Shown here in pieces: positions 26,876 through 39,700 of a DNA stretch of 64,000 bases. Every line of letters starts with the position of its first letter. Position 1 is the first letter of the stretch. A program made the position numbers and the translations under genes. Under the pieces are notes generated by a model, which saw nothing but the letters and a program-made list of their open reading frames with translations, had not been told where the DNA came from and did no database searches. The stretch comes from Mobula hypostoma (lineage: Eukaryota), in assembly GCF_963921235.1 (NCBI RefSeq), contig NC_086097.1, forward strand, positions 220,040,001 to 220,104,000. The letters run 5' to 3'.

Positions 26876-27008
26876 CAATTTCCAATGAAGCGTGGGTCAG
26901 TCTGGTCAATCTGAATTGTGGCCCTGGGATCTACATAGAAGCCAATCAAGACACCACCAAGAAGATAGCCTGCTGCAGGACCCAATGCTCCCATAACATA
27001 CATAATTG
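26876..27008 (-). CDS. SLCO5A1: Internal coding exon of solute carrier organic anion transporter 5A1 (OATP5A1), 133 bp
   Basis: Translates as (A)[43 protein letters not shown](W), which closely matches the vertebrate SLCO5A1 segment I recall ([29 protein letters not shown]...DPRFIGNW). Acceptor tcttctttccag| at 27009, donor |gtaag at 26875. Phase 1 start, phase 2 end. Confidence 0.95.
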
Positions 27009-27119
27009 CTGGAAAGAAGAGATCATGTATTAAATAAGTTACTAGGAACAATATATGCATCAATTCAAAATAGAAAATATAAACCCCAAATTAATCTGGG
27101 TACTAATAGTATCTTACAA

Positions 27120-27930
27120 CAGTGACATCTAGGTTCAGTGGTAACCACTGCATTTGGGTCTGATGGTTAGCAGTCCAAGTCTCATAAATTAGACGTGCTG
27201 AAGGAGTGCTGCAGTAGTGGAGACGCCACTTTTCAGATGGTACAGTAGGCACAGCCTCCAACATTGGTGGGTATAAGACAACCAGTTTGAAGAGACTGCA
27301 GATGCTGAAATCTGGAGCAACACACAAGCACTGGAGGAACTCAGTAGATCAGGCACCATTTGCGGAGGGAAATAGATAGTCAATGGTTCAGGTTGAAACC
27401 CTTCACCTGGTCATCTGGACCAGTTTGGATTTGCAGTATTTCATGTCAAGGCTACTAAGAGCACTCAATCTATTTCACTAATTAAACTTATATCATGTTG
27501 TGTGCCTTTAAGCAGCGCCGATAGCTGTCTTCAATTGTTTTCATTTACCATTGTTGTTCCCAAATAAATATTTTGTCGACAATTTTCTGGAATTTCGCTG
27601 AGACTTAGTGTAGAGGCTCCAGGCAAGTTGTTTTATCCCCACTAACATTGGAAAAACCTATCCAATGGTTCATATGAAAAGTGTTACGTACTGCAGGACT
27701 CCCCCAGGTAGTTGAAGAGATTTCATAGCACTGATGCAGAAATAAGAGTGGGAAGTTTTCCAACTATCAAATTATGCATTTAATGTTTAACAACATTGGA
27801 AAAGACTACAGAATCATCATCTCACAGGAGCTTTGTGAGACCTTGCTGTGTGCAAATGGACTGTTAAATTTTCCAACAGAATATTGGAAGCTCATCAGCT
27901 ACTAAATATTTTTTCAACATGTTTTGGGCA
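27120..27930 (+). mobile_element. Degenerate Deu-domain SINE (SacSINE1/AmnSINE-like), interrupted
   Basis: ggagtgctgcagtagtggagacgccacttttcagatg (about 27203-27240) and gagaccttgctgtgtgcaaatggactg (about 27836-27863) resemble Deu-SINE blocks as I recall them. A Penelope terminal-repeat piece is inserted at about 27293-27415. Confidence 0.5.
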
Positions 27931-28479
27931 TAAATAGTATCAAATACTTTAAGTGTAAATGATACCTCCCTAAAGAAAAGCTATTAAAAGTTATAACTAA
28001 TTTAAACATTGCTAACAGAAGAGTTATTATATAGAAACTATATATTTATATACTGGTGCAATTTTGAGAGCTGCTTTCCTTTCATAAAATCCCACCGTAC
28101 TGAAGTAGATTTAGCTCATCACACCAGTCACTCAGCACCTCGAGACAGCTCATTTCTCTGCCACTCCCGTCACATTTTCCTCATACTGCAATATTTGCCT
28201 CTATTTATTTATGAAAATTTGTACAGAATCCACATACACACAATATGTTCCATATGTTATTAAATGTGTTGTATTGGCCCATTCACACCAAGGCGCCTGC
28301 TCTCAATAAGACAGTAATCTAGGGAGGAACATAGAACAATTGAAAGACCTTTTCTTCGTTGTGCAGTCTAGTACCTGATATTGGTGCCTACTGCAAAAAC
28401 ATGGTAAATTCCTGTTGACACCTCCTAGAAAACTTCGGTCCTCAAAATCATTGTAGTTACACTCAAAAGTCCTCCAAGA

Positions 28480-28835
28480 GGACTGCAACCCTTATCGTTG
28501 TTTGGAGGCTTGCGTGTTTCAATGACCTGGAGAGCTATGTTGGCTGGAGATAGGATTTTATGGTCAGGTCACCCATGCCAAACTGGTCAAAGGTTAGAGG
28601 CCAAATTAAGAGTTGTCCACCGGTCCTCCAGGTTCACGGGTTCAGCTTAGCGCTGACAACCCTGAGTGGTAAAATAGAGTGGTTATGGAAACGGCAATGA
28701 AGAATCCTTCAATCTGAGTGCCATGGTGTTTCTGACTCCCCACCCGGGACTTGCATGACTGACAGTAGTGAAAACCGAGAGAAACCTACTGACATGATGA
28801 AGGAAGCCCTGAACACCATCAAAAGTGCGGACACA
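28480..28835 (+). mobile_element. RTE-clade (Expander/Rex3-like) 5' region or derived non-autonomous element
   Basis: cccttatcgttgtttggaggcttgcgtgtttcaatgacctggagagctatgttgg...ggtcacccatgccaaac resembles fish RTE 5' UTRs as I recall them. Confidence 0.55.
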
Positions 28836-28949
28836 GGAGAGTCATAGAGACATACAGCATGGAAACAGGCCTTTTGGCCAAACACGTTTGTGAATGAAGC
28901 ATCCATTTAATTAATCCTACAGTGACTTGATTTTGTTTTATTATTTAGT

Positions 28950-29190
28950 GATACAGCATGGTACTTTTACCCTTCCAGCACAACAAGGCCATGCTGCCCA
29001 GTCACACCCATGTGGCCAATTAACCTACTAGCCCATATATCTTTGGAAAGTAGGAGGAAACCGGAGCACCCTGCGGCAACCCACAAAATCACAGGAAGGA
29101 CATACAAGTTCCTTACGTACAGCGGCAGGAATTGAACCAGGGTCACTGGCACTGTAAAGCGTTACGTTAACCGCTACACTACCACACTGC
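28950..29190 (-). mobile_element. tRNA-derived V-SINE, near full length
   Basis: Minus strand has an A-box-like tagtgtagcgg, a B-box ggttcaattcc, the V-domain gtgggttgccgcagggtgctccggtttcctcc and a CR1-like 3' tail. Confidence 0.8.
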
Positions 29191-30519
29191 TACCCCATAC
29201 CCTTTTACAGACGTTCCCAGCAATTCATCCCTATTCTATAACTGCTACCTCATTCACCCACAATTATATTGGCCAAGTAATCTTCTAAACTGCACTACCA
29301 GTGTGAACCTGGAAATCTTGTAGATCTTGTGATCTTTGACTTGTAATCTTGTACATCTTATTTCTAAGGTGACTTTTTTTTAATTGTTTCTTACTTCTCT
29401 TTTAATATTTGTATATCTATGCACTTGAAATGCCACCGTGACACTGTGTTTCCTTTGGGACCAATAAAGTAACTATCTGTCTATAACTGTGGGGCATAGG
29501 AGGAAACCAGAATACCTGGAGGAAATTTGTGCCACAGTTACAGGGACAACATGCAAACTTTTCCACAGGCAGCACCAAAGTCCATGATTTAACACAGATA
29601 ATTGAATTTTGCCAGTTGCACCTTCCAAGCCACTAGGCTATGTGAACATAAATGATAGTGTCTGCCCTCCTGGAAACCATGTCACTCTCTGAGCAAGTGT
29701 GTCTAGGATAACAGCAATAATGTCCACAGCTGTTTATGTCTGTACCAATGTTACCAGCATAAAGGAAATTATTTTTGGCATCTTTAATCCCTGTGTGAGT
29801 GGTTTGAATTACCCATTAAAACAGGCCTTTCTTTGCGAGACCAACCCAAATTAGATCCCGGCCTCAAGTTTGCACTCTGTTATGTCAACTCTCACCTGGC
29901 CTGTAATTGAAGCTAAAATTCTTCCTCTAGTTCAAAGAAGTCATAGGAATGTTCATTAGCAGTGCCGAAGTAAATCAAAAAAAGGAGGTTCCTGGCATTG
30001 AGACAGATAACCTTTTGAATCTTTTAAGCTCACAAGCTGGTTATACAATGAGCCAAACTTCACCACCTCTAGAACAGTAAAACATAATCTCCATAAATTC
30101 TTCTGGACTAGCAAACACACATCAAAACATTTCTGCACCATCCGCACCAGCTTAGCTTGTTAACGTCAGGAAGCAATCTTTCTTTGCATGTCTGGCACAC
30201 AGGGCTTGCCCTTGACTTCCGACACAGTAATAAGAAACCACACAGCAGACTCACATTCAACATCTTGAACATTTTAGGAACAACTTCTTCTCCTCTTCTA
30301 GCAGACTTAGAGTCACACAGCAGTGTTTATCATTTATCATTATCAGCGTAATCATTTCTGAATGATCCATGAACCTATGAATACTGCCTCGCTTTTTCTC
30401 TTTTGTGCTACTCACTTTTTTTTGTAATTTACAGTAATCTTGCTATGTATTGCTGCTGCAGAAAAACACATTTGCTGACATACATCAGCCATAATAAACC
30501 TGATTCTGATTTTCATTCT

Positions 30520-33500
30520 GCTTAGCTATATATTTAAGTTTGCTGACGACACCACTGTTATTGGCCAAATCAAAGGTGGTGATGAATCAGCATTGAGGAA
30601 GGATAAGGAAAATTTGGCTGAGTGTCAGCGAGATCAAAGAGCTGATTATTGAGTACAGAAAGAGGAAACTGGAGTCCTCACTGGGGAGTTAGAGGTGGAG
30701 AGGGTAAGCAACTTTAAATTCTTCAGCGTTATACTTTCAAAGGATATGTCCTACCAGGTCCAGCATGTAAGGGCCGTTACGAAGAAAGCAAGATAACACC
30801 TTTACTTTCTTAGAAGTTTGTGAAGATTCGTCATGTCATCTAAAACTTTGGCAAACTTCTATAAATGCACAATTGAGAGTGTGTTGACAGGCTGCCTCAC
30901 AGCTAGCTATGGAAACACCAATGCCCTTGAATGAAGTACATAAAGTAATGAACTACATAAACTAATGAACTACATAAAGTAAGACAATCGCTGGTAAAGC
31001 CCTCCCCATCACAGAACACATCTATACAGAACATAGAACATAGAATAGTACAGCACAGTACAGGCCCTTCGGCCCACATTGTTCTGCCGACCCTCAAACA
31101 CTGTCTCCCATATAAACCCCACCTTAGATTCCCCCATATACTTCTCTAGTAGTCTCTTAAATTTCACTAGTGTATCTGCCTCCACCATTGACTCAGGCAG
31201 TGTATTCTACGCACCAACCACTCTCTGAGCAAAACAACCTTCCTCTAATATCCTCCTTGAACTTCCCACCCCTTACCTTAAAGCCATGTCCTCTTATATT
31301 GAGCAGTGGTGCCCTGGGGAAGAGGAGCTGGCTATCCATTCTATCTATTCCTCAGAATATCTTGTATACCTCTATCATGTCTCCTCTCATCCTCCTTCTC
31401 TCCAAAGAGTAAAACCCTAGTTCCCTTAATCTCTGATCATAATCCATACTCTCTAAACCAGGTAGCATCCTGATAAAACTCCTCTGTACCCTTTCCAAAG
31501 CTTCCACATCCTTCCTATAGTGAGGCGACCAGAACTGGACACAGTACTCCAAGTGGGGCCTAACCAGAGTTTTACAAAGTTGCATCATTACCTCGCGACT
31601 CTTGAACTCTATCCCTCGACTTATGAAAGCTACCACCCTATAAGCTTTCTTAACTACCCTATCTACCTGTGATGCAACTTTCAGGGACATGTATTCCCAG
31701 GTCCCTCTGCTCCTCCACACTACTAAGTATGCTGCCATTTACTTTGTACTCTGCCTTGAAGTTTGTCCTTCCAAAGTGTACCACCTCACACTTCTCCGGG
31801 TTGAACTCCATCTGCCACTTCTCAGCCCACTTCTGCATCCTATCAATGTCTCTCTGCAATCTTCGACAATCCTCTACACTATCTACAACACCACCAACCT
31901 TTGTGTCATCTACAAACTTGCCAACCCACCCTTCTAGCCCCACATCCAGGTCATTAATAAAAATCATGAAAAGTAGAGGTCCCAGAACAGATCCTTGTGG
32001 GACACCAATAGTCACAACCCTCCAATACGAATGTATTCCCTCCACCACGACCCTCTGTCTTCTGCAGGCAAGCCAATTCTGAATCCACCTGGACAAACTT
32101 CCCTGGATCCCATGTCTTCTGACTTTCTGAATAAGCCTACCGTGTGGAACCTTGTCAAATGCCTTACTAAAATCCATATAGATCACATCCACTGCACTAC
32201 CCTCATCTATATGCCTGGTCATCTCCTCAAAGAACTCTATCAGGCTTGTCAGACACAATCTGCCCTTCACAAAGCCATGCTGACTGTCCCTGATCAGACC
32301 ATGATTCTCTAAATGCCTAGAGATCCTATCTCTAAGAATCTTTTCCAACAGCTTTCCCACCACAGACATAAGGCTCACTGGTCTATAATTACCCAGACTA
32401 TCCCTACTACCTTTTTTGAACAAGGGAACAATATTCGCCTCCCTCCAATCCTCCGGTAACAAGGACATAAAGATCCTAGCCAGAAGCTTAGCAATCTCTT
32501 CCCTCGCCTCGTGGAGCAGCCTGGGGAATATTCCATCAGGCCCCGGGGACTTATCTGTCCTAATGTATTTTAATAACTCCAACACCTCCTCTCCCTTAAT
32601 ATCAACATGCTCCAGAACATCAACCTCACTCATATTGTCCTCATTGTCATCAAGTTCCCTCTCATTGGTGAATACTGAAGAGAAGTATTCATTGAGGACC
32701 TCGCTCACTTCCACAGCCTCCAGGCACATCTTCCCACCTTTATCTCTAATTGGTCCTACCTTCACTCCTGTCATCCTTTTGTTCTTCACATAATTGAAGA
32801 ATGCCTTGGGGTTTTCCTTTATCCTACTCACCAAGGCCTTCTCATGCCCCCTTCTTGCTCTTCTCAGCCCCTTCTTAAGCTCCTTACTTGCTACCCTATA
32901 TTCCTCAATAGACCCATCTGATCCTTGCTTCCTAAACCTCATATATGCTGCCTTCTTCCACCTGACTAGATTTTCCACCTCACTTGTCACCCATGGTTCC
33001 TTCACTCTACCATCCTTTATCTTCCTCATTGGGACAAATTTATCCCTAACACCCTACAAGAGATCTCTAAACATCGACCACATGTCCATAGTACATTTCC
33101 CTGCAAAAACATCATCCCAATTCACACCCGCAAGTTCTAGCCTTATAGCCTCATAATTTGCCTTTCCCCAATTAAAAATTTTCCTGTCCTCTCTGATTCT
33201 ATCCTTTTCAATGATAATGCTAAAGGTCAGGGAGTGGTGGTCACTGTCCCCCAGATGCTCACCCACTGAGAGATCTGTGACCTGATCCGGTTCATTACCT
33301 AATACTAGATCTAGTATGGCATTCGCACTAGTCGGCCTGTCAACATACTGTGACAGGAGTCCGTCCTGGACACACTAACTGACTCTGCCCCATCTAAACT
33401 CTTGGAACTAATCAGGTGCCAATCAATATTAGGGAAGTTAAAGTCACCCATGATAACAACCCTGTTATTTTCGCACCTTTCCAAAATCTACCTCCCAATC

Positions 33501-34640
33501 TGCTCCTTGGTATCTCTGCTACTACCAGGGGGCCTATAGAATACTCCCAATAGAGTAACTGCTCCCTTCCTGTTCTTGACTTCCACCTATACTGCCTCAA
33601 AAGAGGATCCTGATTCATTATTCACCCTTTCTGTAGCTGTAATAGTATCCCTGACCAGTAATGCCACCCCTCCTCCCCTTTTCTCCCCCTCTCTATTCCT
33701 TTTAAAGCACTGAAACCCAGGAATATTGAGAATCCATTCCTGCCCAGGTCCAGCCAAGTCTCTGTAATGGCCACTACATCATAATTCCATGTATGTATCC
33801 AAGCTTTCAGTTCATCACCTTTGTTCCTGATGCTTCTTGATTTGAAGTACACTCACTTTAGCCCTTCTACCTTACTGTCTTTAGACCATTTATTCTGCTT
33901 CTCTTTCCTCAAACCCTCTCTATATGTTAGATCTGGCATTACTCCATGCACTTCTTTCACTGCTCTATCGCTCCGCGTCCCATCCCCCTTGCAAATTAGT
34001 TTAAACCCTCTCGAACCATGCTAGCAAACCAACCTGCAAGGATGTTGCTCCCCCTCGAGTTCAGGTGCAACCCATCCAATCTGTACAGGTCCCACCTTCC
34101 CCAGAAGAGATCCCAATGATTCAAAAATCTAAAACCCTGTTCCCTGCACCAGCTCCTCAGCCACGCATTCAACTGCCATCTCCTGCAATTTTTACCATCA
34201 CTATGGAGCACTGTCATAAGAAAGCAGCAGCAGCAAAAACCGCCACCATTCAGGCCATGGTCTCTTCTTGTGCTGCCATCAGGAAGGAGGTACAGGAGCC
34301 TCAGGGCAGGCAAAACCAAGTTCAGTAACAGTTATTACCTCTCAAGCATCAGGCTCTTGAACCACAGGGTATAACATCACTCACCTCAACACTGAACTAT
34401 TCCTACAAAGTGAATCCATAGGTTGAAGAACTCTTTAGTTCATATTCTTAATATTTACTGTTAATTTTTTTCTTTTTTTTTTCCTTTTTGTGTTTTGCAG
34501 ATTGTTATCCTTTGCACATTGGTGGCTGTATGTCTGTCCTGTTATGTGTGGTCTTTCATTGATTCTATTGTGTTCCTTTCTATTTATTATGAAGGCCCAC
34601 AAGAAAATGAATCATACGGTGACACATACATACTTTGATA
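30520..34640 (+). mobile_element. Rex1/Babar-type LINE fragment split by the CR1 insertion at 31027-34202
   Basis: KFADDTTVIGQIKGGDES at about 30536 onwards. The sequence resumes at about 34203 (atggagcactgtc...ctgccatcaggaaggaggtacaggagcc). Confidence 0.75.
31027..34202 (-). mobile_element. Relatively young 5'-truncated CR1 LINE (end of ORF1 plus ORF2)
   Basis: 456-aa ORF at 31659-33029 with YMDFSKAFDKVPH, GVPQGSVLGP and KFVDD. (ctatgtt)n tail. Same subfamily as 36710-40740. Confidence 0.95.
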
Positions 34641-35214
34641 TCACTGATTCTGTGGTGAGGAAGGCAAATTCAATGTTGACATAAAATATAGATATCTACA
34701 GCACATTACAGGCCCTTTGGTCCACGATATCATGCCCACCATGTACTCTACTCTAGAAACTGCCTAGAACTACCCTGCCACATAGCCCTCTATTTTTCTA
34801 AGCTCCATATACCTATCTAAGAGTTTCTTAAAAGATCCTATTGTATCCGCCTCCACCGCCGTCACCGGCAGCCCATTCCATGCATCTACCACTCTCTGTG
34901 TGAAAAACTTATCCCTGACATCCCCCCTGTACCTACTGCTGAGCACCTTAAAACTATGCCCCCTCATGTTAGCCATTTCAGCCCTGGGAAAAAAGCCTCT
35001 GGTTATCCACGTAATCAATGCCTCTCATCATCTTATACACTTCTATCAGGTCACCTCTCATCCTCTGTCGCTCCAAGGAGAAAAGGCCAAGTTCACTCAA
35101 CCAATTCTCGTAAGGCACGCTCTCCAATCCAGACAACATCCTTGTATATCTGCAACACACATCAAAGTTGCTGGTGAACGCAGCAGACCAGGCAGCATCT
35201 CCAGGAAGAGGTAC

Positions 35215-35250
35215 AGTCGACGTTTCAGGCCGAGACCCTTCGTCAGGTCT
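35215..35250 (-). ncRNA. Minimal hammerhead ribozyme, intact core with one stem I mismatch
   Basis: agac-CTGACGA-a-gggtctcggcct-GAAAC-GTC-gact. Confidence 0.75.
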
Positions 35251-35548
35251 AACTGAAGGAAGAGTTAGTAAGAGATTTGAAAGTGGGAGGGGGAGGGGGA
35301 GATCCAAAATGATAGGAGAAGACAGGAGGGGGAGGGATGGAGCCAAGAGCTGGATAGGTGATTGGCAAAGGGGATATGAGAGGATCATGGGACAGGAGGT
35401 CCGGGGAGAAAGACAAGTGGCGGGGGGGGGAACCCAGAGGATGGGCAAGGGGTATAGTCAGAGGGACAGAGGGAGAAAAAGGAGAGTGAGAGAAAGAATG
35501 TGTGTATAAAAATAAATAATGGATGGAGTACGAGGGGGAGGTGGGGCA

Positions 35549-36706
35549 TTAGCGGAAGTTAGAGAAGTCGATGTTCACGCCATCAGGTTGGTGGCTACCC
35601 AGACGGAATATAAGGTGTTGTTCCTCCAACCTGAGTGTGGCTTCATCTTTACAGTAGAGGAGGCTGTGGATAGACATGTCAGAATGGGAATGGGATGTGG
35701 AAGTAAAATGTGTGGCCACTGGGAGATCCTGCTTTCTCTGGCGGACAGAGCGTAGATGTTCAGCAAAGCGCTCTCCCAGTCTGCGTCGGGTCTCGCCAAT
35801 ATATAGAAGGCCACATTGGGAGCACCGGATGCAGTATATCACCCCAGCCGACTCACAGGTGAAGTGTCGCCTCACCTGGAAGGACTGTCTGGGGCCCTGA
35901 ATGGTGGTAAGGGAGGAAATGTAAGGGCATGTGTAGCACTTGTTCTGCTTACAAGGATAAGTGCCAGGAGGGAGATCAGTGGGGAGGGATGGGGGGGACG
36001 AATGGATAAGGGAGTCGTGTAAGGAGCGATCCCTGCGGAAAGCGGGGGGGGGGGAGGGAAAGATGTGCTTAGTGGTAGGATCCCGTTGGAGGTGGCGGAA
36101 GTTACGGAGAATAATATGTTTTACCCGGAGGCTGGTGGGGTGGTAGGTGAGGACCAGGGGAACCCTATTCCTAGTGGGGTGGCGGGAGGATGGAGTGAGA
36201 GCAGATGTACGTGAAATAGGGGAGATGCGTTTGAGAGCAGAGTTGATAGTGGAGGAAGGGAAGTCCCTTTCTTTAAAAAAGGAGGACATCTCCCTCGTAC
36301 TGGAATGAAAAGCCTCATCCTGAGAGCAGATGCGGCGGAGACAGAGGAATTGCGAGAAGGGAATGGCAGTTTTGCAAGAGACAGGGTGAGAAGAGGAATA
36401 GTCCAGATAGCTGTGAGAGTCAGTAGGCTTATAGTAGACATCAGTGGATAAGCTGTCTCCAGAGACAGAGACAGAAAGATCTAGAAAGGGGAGGGAGGTG
36501 TCGGAAATGGACCAGGTAAACTTGAGGGCAGGGTGAAAGTTGGAGGCAAAGTTAATAAAGTTAACGAGCTCAGCATGCGTGCAGGAAACAGCGCCAATGC
36601 AGTCATCGATGTAGCGAAGGAAAAGTGGGGGACAGATACCAGAATAGGCACGGAACATAGGTTGTTCCACAAAGCCAACAAAAAGGCAGGCATAGCTAGG
36701 ACCCAT
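35549..36706 (-). pseudogene. Uninterrupted C-terminal ~385 aa of the Penelope RT/GIY-YIG polyprotein
   Basis: MGPSYACLFVG, catalytic RYIDD, FLDL, YYKPTD, Cys-rich linker CKQNKCYTC, and GVIYCIRCSQCGLLYIGET...RFAEH. The N-terminal ~23 aa of the track ORF come from the adjacent CR1 5' end. Confidence 0.9.
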
Positions 36707-36709
36707 ACG

Positions 36710-39700
36710 GCCAGTGCATGAGTGGGCCAGTGAAGGAGTGGAGCTTTGAGGCTTTGACTCGAGAGGCTTCGACAAGAAGAGGCGGAGGACAAGCTGGCTC
36801 GCAGTTAGTTCTTACAATGTCTCCTGAGACGGTGATGTGCCTCTCATGTGAGATGTGGCAGTCTTGGGGGAACTCCCCTCTCCTGCAGAGTCACATCTGC
36901 CAGAAGTGCATACAGCTGGGCGATCTGGAAGACCGTGTAAGGAATCTGGAGCAGCAGCTGGATGACCTTCGACTCATAAGGGAGAATGAGGCAGTCACAG
37001 ATGAGAGCTACAGGGAGGTAGTCACACCTAGGCTGTCGGAAGCAGGTCGTTGGGTGACATTCAGAGGGGGGAAAGCGAAGGTGAGCAGACAGGTAGTGCA
37101 GAGCACCCCTGTAGCCATTCCCCTGAATAGTAAGTTTACCATCCTGGATACTGTTGGCAGGGACGACCAACCAAGTGTGAGCCACGGTGGCAGGGCCTCC
37201 GGCACTGAGTCTGACCTGGTGGTGCAGAAGGGTGGGACGGAGAAGAGGATAGCTGTCGTCATTGGAGACTCTATAGTCAGGGGAGCAGACAGGAGATTTT
37301 GTGGACGTGACAAGGACACCTGCATGGTTTGTTGCCTCCCGGGTGCCAGGGTCCGGGATGTCTCTGATCGGGTGCACGACATTCTGGTACGAGAGGGAAA
37401 GCAACCAGAAGTCGTGATACATGTTGGGACCAACAACATAGGCAGAAAGGGGGATGAGGTCCTGAAGTGTGAGTTTCGGGAACTAGGCAGAAGGCTGAAG
37501 AACAGGACCTCAAGGGTGGCATTCACAGGATTGCTGCAAGCGCTATACGTGACAGTGATGGTAAGAACTGGAGGAGATGGCAGTTGAATGCGTGGCTGAG
37601 GAGTTGGTGCAGGGAGCAGGGTTTTAGATTTTTAGTTCATTGGGATCTCTTCTGGGGAAGGTGGGACCTGTACAGATTGGATGGGTTGCACCTGAACTCG
37701 AGGCGGAGCAATATCCTTGCAGGTAGGTTTGCTAGCATGGTTCAGGAGGGTTTAAACTAATTTGTGAGGGGGATGGGACCCAGAGAAATAGAGCAGTGAA
37801 AGAAGTGCATGGAGTAAAGCCAGATCTAACATACAGAGAGGCTTTGAGGAAAGAGAAGCAGAATAAACGGTGTAAAGACAGTAAGGTAGAAGGGCTGAAA
37901 TGTTTGTACCTCAATGCAAGAAGCATCAGGAACAAAGGTGATGAACTGAGAGCTTGGATACATACATGGAATTATGATGTAGTGGCTATTACAGAGACTT
38001 GGCTGGCACCAGGGCAGGAATGGATTCTCAATATTCATGGATTTCAGTGCTTTAAAAGGGATAGAGAGGTCGGAAAAAGGGGAGGAGGGGTGGCATTACT
38101 GGTCAGGGATACTATTACAGCTACAGAAAGGGTGGATAATGTAGCAAGATCCTCTTTTGAGTCAATATGGCTGGAAGTCAGGAACAGGAAGGGAGCAGTT
38201 ACTCTACTGGGGATATTATATAGACCCCCTGGTAGTCGCAGAGAAGCAGATTGGGAGGCAGATTTTGGAAAGGTGCGAAAATAACAGGGTTCTTATCATG
38301 GGTGACTTTAACTTCCCTAATATTGATTGGCACCTGATTCATTCCAAGAGTTTAGATGGGGCAGAGTTTGTTAAATGTGTCCAGGATGGATTCCTGTCAC
38401 AGTATGTGGACAGGCCGACCAGAGGGAATGCCATACTAAATCTAGTACTAGGTAATGAACCGGGTCAGGTCACAGATCTCTCAGTGGGTGAGCATCTGGG
38501 GGACAGTGACCACCGCTCCCTGGCCTTTAGCATTATCATTGAAAAGGAAAGAATCAAAGAGGACAGGAAAATTTTTAATTGGGGAAAGGCATATTATGAG
38601 GCTATAAGGCTAGAACTTGCGGGTGTGAATTGGGATGATGTTTTTGCAGGGAAATGTACTATGGACATGTGGTCGATGTTTAGAGATCACTTGCGGGATG
38701 TTAGGGATAAATTTGTCCCGGTGAGGAAGATAAAGTATGGTAGGGTGAAGGAACCTAGGGTGACAAGTGAGGTGGAAAATCTATTCAGGTGGAAGAAGGC
38801 AGCATACATGAGGTTTAGGAAGCAAGGATCAGATGGGTCTATTGTGGAATATAGAGAAGCAAGAAAGGAGCTTAAGAAGGTGCTGAGAAGAGCAAGAAGG
38901 GGGCATGAGAAGGTCTTGGTGAGTAGCGTAAAGGAAAACCCCAAGGCATTCTTCAATTATGTGAAGAAAAAAAGGATGACAGGAGTGAAGTAGGACCGAT
39001 TAGAGATAAAGGTGGGAAGATGTGCCTGGAGGCTGTGGAAGTGAGTGAGGTCCTCAATGAATACTTCTCTTCGGTTTTCACCAATGAGAGGGAACTTGAT
39101 GACAATGAGGACAATATGAGTGAGGTTGATGTTCTGGAGCATGTTGATATTAAGGGAGAGGAGGTGTTGGAGTTGTTAAAATACATTAGGACAGATAAGT
39201 CCCCGGGGCCTGACGGAATATTCCCCAGGCTGCTCCACAAGGTGAGAGAAGAGATTGCTGAGCCTCTGGCTAGGATCTTTATGTCCTCGTTGTCCACGGG
39301 AATGGTACCGGAGGATTGGAGGGAGGCGGATGTTGTCCCCTTGTTCAAAAAAGGTAGTAGGGATAGTCCGGGTAATTATAGACCAGTGAGCCTTACGTCT
39401 GTGGTGGGAAAGCTGTTGGAAAAGATTCTTAGAGGTAGGATCTATGGGCATTTAGAGAATCATGGTCTGATCAGGGACAGTCAGCATGGCTTTGTGAAGG
39501 GCAGATCGTGTCTAACAAGCCTGATAGAGTTCTTTGAGGAGGTGACCAGGCATATAGATGAGGGTAGTGCAGTGGATGTGATCTATATGGATTTTAGTAA
39601 GGCATTTGACAAGGTTCCACATGGTAGGTTTAGTCAGAAAGTTAGAAGGCATGGGATTCAGGGAAGTTTGGCCAGGTGGTTTCAGAATTGGCTTGCCTGC

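Larger units (their letters stand above)
35151..36709 (-). mobile_element. Penelope-like element (Neptune-like), 5'-truncated within RT
   Basis: Terminal repeat at about 35151-35548 plus an open frame from 36706 to 35549 (see next feature). Confidence 0.95.

Noticed and set aside
29120..29190. tRNA gene
   Set aside because: The A and B boxes belong to the tRNA-derived head of a V-SINE. There is no full cloverleaf.
35168..35509. Recurrent Gly/Arg-rich ORFs (also 8569, 23887, 45259, 52436, 53595)
   Set aside because: These are chance reading frames across the low-complexity Penelope terminal repeat. They recur only because the repeat recurs.
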